Shown here piece by piece: positions 1 through 6,330 of a stretch of DNA of 32,000 nt. The translations under genes were made by a program, and so were the position numbers. The number at the start of each line of letters is the position of its first letter. The stretch's first letter is position 1. This DNA comes from Candidatus Saccharimonadota bacterium (GTDB lineage Bacteria > Patescibacteriota > Patescibacteriia > 2-12-FULL-60-25): assembly GCA_022843095.1 (NCBI GenBank), contig JALHOH010000001.1, positions 120,001 through 152,000 of the forward strand, written 5' to 3'. The notes under the pieces are model-generated. The model had not been told where the DNA came from. It did not search any database and worked only from the letters and a program-made list of their open reading frames with translations.

Positions 1-1501
1 GACCCGTACGCTGACACTCGGATTTGCAAGCCTCATTATTCCTCCGCGTAGCCGGAGTGACAAAAGGGCCAGAAATCTGACACTGCGCCCCCTGATCGCA
101 AAGTTGTTCGCAGCCAGAGAGTGCTTGGGCGCGTGATGGAACACAACGCCAAATATCCGCGTCACCTTCGCGTCCAAAAAACCCACAAACGTCGGTGCTA
201 TTTTTGCACGAAGCAAACAACATTATTTCACTTGCCGCGCCACTCACGGAATAGGTCGATAGATTGCATCCATCACCTCCGCAACGGCAACGATCCCCCG
301 TTTCCCCTCCGGAACACACACCCCGAAGAGGATCGCGACTTGTCGCAATACACTGCTGACCTGGTCCGCAGGCTGCATTATTTTCACATGTTCTTTCGGT
401 AGGAATGCGACTTCCGAGCTCCGCAAGATCGCGCGTTGGTGGATTGAGACAAATCCAGGCGCCCACCGTTTCTCCTCGCACCGGAACATTTTGAATGCGG
501 AGAGAATTATGAAACGAACGATCATGCGGAATGAAAGAACAGGTGAAGCCCGACTGGCAGCGAAACTCGGAAGGACGACCTGCATTATTCGTAGATTCCA
601 CCATCCCTTGCAAAAAACCATTTCGCGCATTGGACCGCCCGGTTTCATGAGAGATCTCGGATTCATAACGTCCGCGTGATACCTTGCAACCGTCACCTAG
701 ACAACTGCAGGAGTCTCCTTTTGCTCCCACCGTACAGTAGCCATATCGTGTTGGTGGACTGGAATCGCGACCACTGAGCAATTGCAGAGTGCGTGTTTTC
801 GTTTGAGGCGTGCCACAAGGATCGTCATCCGAAAAAATATGCAGCGGATTGAACCGATCCAGGACACCGCATGCGAAATCAGAAAAAGAAAAACCTGAAT
901 CCTGCTCAACGCTATAGACGTTTCGATCCTCTGGACGTCCGCTCGGATTGCCAAAATCATAGCGTAAACACTTCGCATTTGGATTTTGAAGAAGCGACAC
1001 ACAATCATGATCCGTCGTACACATGCGCCAGTTTAAATTCAGCACCTCATCATCGATGGCGATCGTTCCCGTCGTTGCCTGAATTGGAGCCTGATACTCG
1101 ACCCGAGAAATCTTCGGCAACGTCGGCATTTTCAACTGCACAAGCGCCGGATTCACGGTATTCAAAATAAGAAACGCACCGAGCGCAATCACCATCCCCG
1201 CAAGCGCATCTTTGATGATCTCCTTTCCTTTACTGATGGTTCCTGCAACCGGACTAATCAGATATAAAAACCCTCCGTATACCACCATGATCGTCGCGAT
1301 CACGACGACGATACTGATGCCATACCGATACGCACGCGCAATGTAATCCGGCAATCCCGTGACGGATCGCGTCCCCCCGATTGGAACACTTAACTCGATG
1401 TTTCCGTCTGCTGCGAGAACCAACGGCAGAGCAACCGTCATCGCCAGTACAAACACGGCGATGAAGGCAGTGATCCGACGAATCCAGGAGAACGCGCGCA
1501 T
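1..1501 (-). CDS. Secreted or membrane-anchored protein. It has an N-terminal signal/TM segment, a T4SS-pilin-like (TrbC/VirB2-like, CPR-type) hydrophobic domain, and then a cysteine-rich region of more than 350 aa. The C-terminus runs off the window start, so the gene is partial.
   Basis: This ORF is absent from the supplied track because it is open at the window edge. Hand translation of the minus strand from the ATG at 1501-1499 gives an uninterrupted frame down to nt 2, starting MRAFSWIRRITAFIAVFVLAMTVALPLVLAADGN. The segment LPDYIARAYRYGISIVVVIATIMVVYGGFLYLISPVAGTISKGKEIIKDALAGMVIALGAFLILN fits the YGG-F/W-x-L...KGK...A-x-x-G-hydrophobic pattern of CPR pilin-like domains. I count 27 Cys downstream by hand. 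The ATG lies 3 nt after the stop of the upstream DsbA-like gene. Confidence 0.75.
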   Translation of the reverse strand, partial: MRAFSWIRRITAFIAVFVLAMTVALPLVLAADGNIELSVPIGGTRSVTGLPDYIARAYRYGISIVVVIATIMVVYGGFLYLISPVAGTISKGKEIIKDALAGMVIALGAFLILNTVNPALVQLKMPTLPKISRVEYQAPIQATTGTIAIDDEVLNLNWRMCTTDHDCVSLLQNPNAKCLRYDFGNPSGRPEDRNVYSVEQDSGFSFSDFACGVLDRFNPLHIFSDDDPCGTPQTKTRTLQLLSGRDSSPPTRYGYCTVGAKGDSCSCLGDGCKVSRGRYESEISHETGRSNARNGFLQGMVESTNNAGRPSEFRCQSGFTCSFIPHDRSFHNSLRIQNVPVRGETVGAWICLNPPTRDLAELGSRIPTERTCENNAACGPGQQCIATSRDPLRGVCSGGETGDRCRCGGDGCNLSTYSVSGAASEIMLFASCKNSTDVCGFFGREGDADIWRCVPSRAQALSGCEQLCDQGAQCQISGPFVTPATRRNNEACKSECQRTG

Positions 1502-1504
1502 ACG

Positions 1505-2287
1505 CTACTTGGTAAAGACCTGTTTCAAAAGATAATCGATGACCGCGGCAAACATCCGACGATCCATGGCGCCTTCAATCTTCTTGCCGTTAAAGAAAAA
1601 CGCCGGCGTTCCCGAAACCCCCGCCGCAATCCCATCCTGAACGTCACGCTCGACCAAGGCCCTCGTCTCTCCGGAGGTGAGGCAGCGCTGAAACGCCTCG
1701 CGCTCTAATCCAACCCGCGTGGCAAGCGCGATCAGCTGCTCTTCGGAACGCTGATCCATGGATTGATACAACGCGTCATGAAACGACCAGAACTTTCCCT
1801 GTTTTTGCGCGCACCGCGCCGCAAGCGACGGACGCACCGCCTCGGGATGCAGTTCGGGAATGGGAAAATCACGCACGATCAAACGCACCGCCTCGGGATA
1901 GTCCTTCGCAAGCATCCGCCAGGCCGCATGCGATCGCTGGCAAAAAGGACAGTCGTAATCCACGAACGCAACGATGGTGATCGGTGCCGTCGACGGCCCC
2001 ATCGCTGGCGCATTCGAATCCGCCAAATCACCAATAACCCCCGTCCCTTGCTGTTCTTGTGAGCGCCAAGATGCCTCCAGTTGTTGCGCAAACAGCGGAT
2101 TGCTTTCGCCAGCGCGAATAGCTTTGTAATACACGTAAATCTGCCGGACAAACGCGATCATTCCCGCCAATAACAAAGCTAGGAAGAGACCAAGCAGAAT
2201 CTTCCACCACGAAAAACGCCGTCGGGAGTACACCTCCTCCATAGAACAAAGTATAGCACAATCGAGACGAGTCCTTATCTTGCTCAT
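1505..2287 (-). CDS. DsbA-like thiol:disulfide oxidoreductase (thioredoxin fold) with an N-terminal TM anchor.
   Basis: The 260-aa ORF contains the CPFC active-site motif (VDYDCPFCQRS), the TM segment WWKILLGLFLALLLAGMIAF, and a C-terminal GTPAFFFNGKKIEG typical of the DsbA family. An alternative start at ATG 2242 (MEEVYSRRRF) sits 7 nt downstream of an extended -10 (TGCTATACT, minus strand 2258-2250). ATG 2287 has a short-spaced GGAG. The start is therefore ambiguous. Confidence 0.85.
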   Translation of the reverse strand: MSKIRTRLDCAILCSMEEVYSRRRFSWWKILLGLFLALLLAGMIAFVRQIYVYYKAIRAGESNPLFAQQLEASWRSQEQQGTGVIGDLADSNAPAMGPSTAPITIVAFVDYDCPFCQRSHAAWRMLAKDYPEAVRLIVRDFPIPELHPEAVRPSLAARCAQKQGKFWSFHDALYQSMDQRSEEQLIALATRVGLEREAFQRCLTSGETRALVERDVQDGIAAGVSGTPAFFFNGKKIEGAMDRRMFAAVIDYLLKQVFTK

Positions 2288-2319
2288 TTTCTCCGTCCGT
2301 ACTAAGGTACAAGAACGTT

Positions 2320-2538
2320 ATGCGCCAGCTTATTTTGAATATCGCCATGATTACGGTGTCGGTGTTGCTCACGGGGTGCGTCCTCCTGCAGCAGCGCGGC
2401 TCCGGACTTGGGGTTGCATTCGGTGGCGATTCCGCCGTGTTTCGCACCAAACGTGGCATCGAAAAAGTCGTCTTCTATTTCACGGTTGCGCTTTCCGTTT
2501 TGTTTTTCGGGATCAGCATCGTGAACCTCTTCGTCTAG
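2320..2538 (+). CDS. secG: Preprotein translocase subunit SecG.
   Basis: The 72-aa product has two TM segments with the characteristic VLLQQRGSGLGVAFGGDSAVFRTKRG loop between them. Confidence 0.85.
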   Translation: MRQLILNIAMITVSVLLTGCVLLQQRGSGLGVAFGGDSAVFRTKRGIEKVVFYFTVALSVLFFGISIVNLFV

Positions 2539-2539
2539 C

Positions 2540-4432
2540 ATGACCTTCGTTGAACGCCTCCGCGCGTTCTTCCGACGGTGGTTTTTCTGGCATGGCCGGC
2601 ACGTGTCGGAAGAGCTTGCGCCCACGACAACGCATGCCGATCATGCGCTTGTTCTTGCCGTTACCGAACCCACGCGCGTTCCCCGCTGGACCCAATTGCG
2701 TCTCTTTTCGCAGGTGGTTTCGGTCGAGGAACGTCGCGTGTTTTGGTTTTCGCTCATCGTTGGAATTTTCTGCATCGCCGTCGGAGCGGGTGATTTGATC
2801 TATCCGCATCTAGAACCCGCGCCACGCGTGGGCGGATCCTACACCGAAGCGCTTATCGGATCACCGAAATCCATCAATCCGTTGTTTGCCTCCGCAAACG
2901 ACGTAGATCGCGATTTGGTCGCGCTCATTTACTCCGGGCTGTTTCGTTTGGATGCACGCATGGAACCCGTTCCGGATTTGGCCGAACGTTACACCTGGTT
3001 GGATGAAAAAACGTTGGAAGTGCGGTTGCGTGCAGATGCACGTTTTCATGATGGCCAGCCGGTCACGGCAGATGACGTGGTCTTCACGTTTGATGCGGCC
3101 AAAAATCCTGCGTGGCGAAGCCCGCTTCTTCCCATTTTCCGCTCGGTAAAAACGCTGCGCATCGACGATGTCACCGTCCAATTGCAGTTAGATAAACCGT
3201 TCCCTGGCATCCTTGCGTATCTTACGACCGGCATTCTTCCTGCACATATCTGGCAGGATGTCGTAGAAACCAACGCCCAGATTGCAGAAGCAAACCTCAA
3301 ACCGATTGGTTCAGGACCCTACCGGGTAGAATCGTTCACGCGTGATGCGAAAGGATCTATTTTAACCTATCGACTGACCCGCTTTTCTCGCTATTACGGT
3401 CAAAAACCGTACATCGAAACGTTGCAGTTCAAATTTTTCCCGGATCACACCATGGCGCTAGATGGACTCGCGAACCACCAGGTGGATGGGGTTGCATTCC
3501 TTCCGTGGACGCTTGCATCCAAAACGCAAATCCCAAGCACCATTCAACGATCGCTTGAACTCCCGCAGGTCACGGTCGCGTTCTTCAACACCAAAGACAA
3601 ATTACTGAAGGAAGACAAGATTCGTCAGGCGTTGTCGCTTGCGATTGATCGCGAAGAATTGGAACGGTTGGTCAAAGGTCAGGCCGGCTCCGCCACCTCC
3701 CCCTTCCCCTTTCTCGAAACCACCTCGACGAAGGCCGGAAATCTGGAATCCGCGCGCATGCTCTTGGATGAACTTGGATGGAAAGAGCAAACCGAGGCAG
3801 GTGCGCCCCGTGTCTACGTTGCGCCCACGCCACGCACGACAACAAACAGTCGAACGCGTGCAGCCGCAACGACGCCAACAAGCACCATCGCGACCGCGTC
3901 CAGCACCCTGTTCACCCTCACGATCGACGTCCCCGCCCAAGAGGACCTGATCGCCGTCGCAAACTGGCTCAAGCGACGATGGGGCCTGATCGGCGCGCAG
4001 GTGGACGTCCATGTCGAAATGGCAGAAACGTTGCGAAAGCGCGTGACAACGGATCGGACGTATCAGGTCTTGCTGTGGAACATCCTGCCAACGCCAGATC
4101 AAGACGTCACCGCGTTCTGGTCCAGTACACAAACGGCGGAATACGGTCTCAACTTCTCACAGATTGCGGATCGCACCATCGATACGGCGATTGAATCCCT
4201 GAAAGCCGCGACCACAACGTCTGCGATTCACGCGTCGCGTCTCAAGCTTTTGCAGGCCATCGAAGGACGCACACCGGCGATCTTCTTGCTCAGACCGCGC
4301 TACGCCTACTTCGTGTCCGATCGCGTCCGGATTCCGGCCACAGAACCGGTCTTCAAACTCGCAAATCCGTCCGATCGATTGCTCCAAAGCGTCGATTGGT
4401 ACGTCACGACAGGATGGCGATGGAAAGATTAA
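2540..4432 (+). CDS. Extracellular solute-binding protein, family 5 (peptide/nickel ABC-type SBP), with an N-terminal TM anchor. No permease or ATPase genes lie adjacent.
   Basis: The 630-aa ORF starts 1 nt after the secG stop (TAG C ATG). The N-terminal TM segment is FWFSLIVGIFCIAVGAG. The SBP_bac_5-like core reads GGSYTEALIGSPKSINPLFASANDVDRDLVALIYSGLFRLD...DLAERYTWLDEKTLEVRLRADARFHDGQPVTADDVVFTF. It contains a T/A/R-rich low-complexity insert (PRTTTNSRTRAAATTPTSTIATASS). Confidence 0.8.
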   Translation: MTFVERLRAFFRRWFFWHGRHVSEELAPTTTHADHALVLAVTEPTRVPRWTQLRLFSQVVSVEERRVFWFSLIVGIFCIAVGAGDLIYPHLEPAPRVGGSYTEALIGSPKSINPLFASANDVDRDLVALIYSGLFRLDARMEPVPDLAERYTWLDEKTLEVRLRADARFHDGQPVTADDVVFTFDAAKNPAWRSPLLPIFRSVKTLRIDDVTVQLQLDKPFPGILAYLTTGILPAHIWQDVVETNAQIAEANLKPIGSGPYRVESFTRDAKGSILTYRLTRFSRYYGQKPYIETLQFKFFPDHTMALDGLANHQVDGVAFLPWTLASKTQIPSTIQRSLELPQVTVAFFNTKDKLLKEDKIRQALSLAIDREELERLVKGQAGSATSPFPFLETTSTKAGNLESARMLLDELGWKEQTEAGAPRVYVAPTPRTTTNSRTRAAATTPTSTIATASSTLFTLTIDVPAQEDLIAVANWLKRRWGLIGAQVDVHVEMAETLRKRVTTDRTYQVLLWNILPTPDQDVTAFWSSTQTAEYGLNFSQIADRTIDTAIESLKAATTTSAIHASRLKLLQAIEGRTPAIFLLRPRYAYFVSDRVRIPATEPVFKLANPSDRLLQSVDWYVTTGWRWKD

Positions 4433-4433
4433 C

Positions 4434-4459
4434 AAAACCCCTCCATATGGAGGGGTTTT
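4434..4459. terminator. Bidirectional intrinsic terminator between the convergent SBP gene and tRNA-Leu.
   Basis: A perfect 11-bp stem AAAACCCCTCC / GGAGGGGTTTT with an ATAT loop. It is flanked by an A-run and a T-run. Confidence 0.8.
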
Positions 4460-4463
4460 GTTG

Positions 4464-4550
4464 TGGTGGGCGGGGAGAGACTCGAACTCTCATGACCTTG
4501 CGGTCGCTAGCTCCTGAAGCTAGTGCGTCTACCAATTCCGCCACTCGCCC
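4464..4550 (-). tRNA. tRNA-Leu (anticodon CAG), class II with a long variable arm. The CCA end is encoded.
   Basis: The reverse complement reads GGGCGAGTGGCGGAATTGGTAGACGCACTAGCTTCAGGAGCTAGCGACCGCAAGGTCATGAGAGTTCGAGTCTCTCCCCGCCCACCA. The anticodon stem-loop is CTAGC-TTCAGGA-GCTAG and the T-arm is GAGAG-TTCGAGT-CTCTC. It closely resembles E. coli tRNA-Leu(CAG). There is one A:C mismatch at acceptor pair 6:67. Confidence 0.92.
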
Positions 4551-4766
4551 TTGCTCGACCGTGCGACACTACGTTCCCCATCTTCTTCGTCAGACTTCGC
4601 AAACGGGGCCCCCTGGAACACGCACACTCCTAGAATCGCTGGCCGTGCAAACAATAGCGAACCTTTCCTTTGGTGACAAGGCAAGAATTAAGATGCGGAT
4701 CCCCTTGACCCAAACCAGAACCCATGGTACCCCGTTCCGCGCTTCCACACAGGGTGGAGGCACTCT

Positions 4767-6026
4767 TTGAAAGGGAACACCGTGACAGATTCGACGGTAT
4801 TCGGAATCATCCGCGACCGTATCGGTCGCCATGAAGGAAAGACGCACATCTGGCTCTGCTCGCTCCAAGGGATTGCGAAAGACATCTTTCCTTCCCTCCT
4901 GGACGCGCCAGAGATCCGCCGCGAAGACGCCATCCGTCGAGGAATCGCCGCCGCCCATTTTGTGGCGGCACGGATCGCGGCGGAGGCGCCCTATGACCAG
5001 GTCGATCCTGGGCATGGCCTCGGCCACCATCTGCGTGACTACACGCACGCACTCCTCCTGGCCAACGCCTCTGGTCCTGAGATGGATCCTCGAATCGTAG
5101 CGCCGGCGATTGTCGGAGCAGTGGCGCACGATATGGGATGCTTCTTTTTCCGGAGATACGACGATGCGAGAAGCAGCGTGAAGCACGCCGGAGCTGGAGC
5201 GCTTCTCCTGCATGAGATCTTCGGGTACGACGACTGCGGACTGACGCAGATCGAACAGCACGCCGCCCTGTACGCGGTGGCGGCGCACACCCACTATCTC
5301 AACCCGCAGACGACCACGGACGCAGACGGGGTGGAGCGCACACTGCCGCCGTATCCGGACACGGACCCGAATGGGAATCCGTACGTTCCCGTCTGGTTCA
5401 CCCGCTGGGTGGACCGATTGGACTGCAACGGGCCAACGTTCGTCGGACGTCACTATCTGACGCTCGTCTCGGCACATCCGGAGTACCTGGATGGGAAGTT
5501 CTCGGAGTCGAGCTTCGCGCACGCGATGCAGCCTCTCCTGCGAACCCGAGAAGAACGCGGTGGAGATGCGCCCACGATGCTCGAACATCTGCACACCTTC
5601 GCCGCTTCGCAGACCAACGCGAGCCCCTACGGTCGCTTCGACTCGGATGCGATGCAGCAACTCCGTGACCGGCAAACGGCGCGCCTCCAGCGCATCGTGA
5701 ATGCCGTCCGGAATCCGCAACCGATCCGGTCGCACGAGGAGCGCACTTCCATCGCCACACGATGGGAACAGTTTCTCGCAACCGTGATCGAACCCCACCC
5801 CAAGACCGGCGCACCTGCTGCGCGGGCGCTGACCGAGAGGTTCGCAACGCTCCCGCAGATGGCGCAGGACGCCTGGTTCCGTGGATTCGAGGCGACGATG
5901 GCCGAGTATCAGGACTACCTGGACCAGATCCTCCCGATGCTGGCCGATCTCAGAAACCAACCCGACGGAGAGCACGTGATGCAGTTCCTGAATCACGATC
6001 TCATCTCGGCGCTGACGGGGAAGTAA
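4767..6026 (+). CDS. HD-superfamily (metal-dependent phosphohydrolase-like) protein with a long C-terminal helical extension. Its specific function is unknown.
   Basis: The 419-aa ORF has a TTG start 6 nt after GGTGGAGG. HD-like signature elements are GHGLGHHLRD, then IVGAVAHDMGCFF, then KHAGAGALLLHEIF. The amino-acid composition looks normal, unlike the Arg-rich antisense ORF 4590..6350. Sample lines are GC-rich (about 57-73%). Confidence 0.7.
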   Translation: MKGNTVTDSTVFGIIRDRIGRHEGKTHIWLCSLQGIAKDIFPSLLDAPEIRREDAIRRGIAAAHFVAARIAAEAPYDQVDPGHGLGHHLRDYTHALLLANASGPEMDPRIVAPAIVGAVAHDMGCFFFRRYDDARSSVKHAGAGALLLHEIFGYDDCGLTQIEQHAALYAVAAHTHYLNPQTTTDADGVERTLPPYPDTDPNGNPYVPVWFTRWVDRLDCNGPTFVGRHYLTLVSAHPEYLDGKFSESSFAHAMQPLLRTREERGGDAPTMLEHLHTFAASQTNASPYGRFDSDAMQQLRDRQTARLQRIVNAVRNPQPIRSHEERTSIATRWEQFLATVIEPHPKTGAPAARALTERFATLPQMAQDAWFRGFEATMAEYQDYLDQILPMLADLRNQPDGEHVMQFLNHDLISALTGK

Positions 6027-6032
6027 CCCCTC

Positions 6033-6061
6033 ACATCCCACCTCTTGTGTGGGATGTTTTT
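6033..6061 (+). terminator. Intrinsic terminator of the HD-domain gene.
   Basis: A 9-bp stem ACATCCCAC (6033-6041) / GTGGGATGT (6049-6057) with a 7-nt loop, followed by TTTT. Confidence 0.75.
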
Positions 6062-6090
6062 CATAAATATCCTGAACACGTTTCGTGTCC

Positions 6091-6119
6091 TTGACCCAAA
6101 AGACGTGTTTTGTTATGCT
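6091..6119 (+). promoter_or_regulatory. Sigma70-type promoter candidate upstream of rnj.
   Basis: TTGACC (6091-6096), an exact 17-nt spacer, then TATGCT (6114-6119). The predicted TSS near 6126 would give a ~200-nt 5' UTR before ATG 6331. Confidence 0.55.
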
Positions 6120-6330
6120 ATTTTTAGCAAGATCACGTTTTTCGCTGAGTGTCGAATATGCGTTCGGCCCTTTCGAAAGTCGTGAGGACAACCAAACATC
6201 TGCTCGCACCGAGTGTTTTTTGTTGGCGCATTCCCCTCCTCTTGCGCCTACGCCGGCATTCGACTTCGTTGTCCCAGTATTCAGGAAGAGGACGCACGAC
6301 GCCTCTCCATTCATCCATTTCAATTTACGT

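Noticed and set aside
4396-4770. A 124-aa plus-strand ORF spanning the tRNA region.
   Set aside because: It reads straight through the terminator and the antisense strand of tRNA-Leu.
4464-6061. The HD-domain gene read as cargo of an island integrated at tRNA-Leu.
   Set aside because: The tRNA 3' end, the usual att site, faces away from the HD gene. No integrase is present. I saw no direct repeat of the tRNA 3' end in the window.
6085-6330. An upstream extension of the rnj ORF, from the track start at 6085.
   Set aside because: It would start inside the -35/-10 promoter. It encodes an implausible hydrophobic, low-complexity peptide, and the region is AT-rich and structured like a leader.
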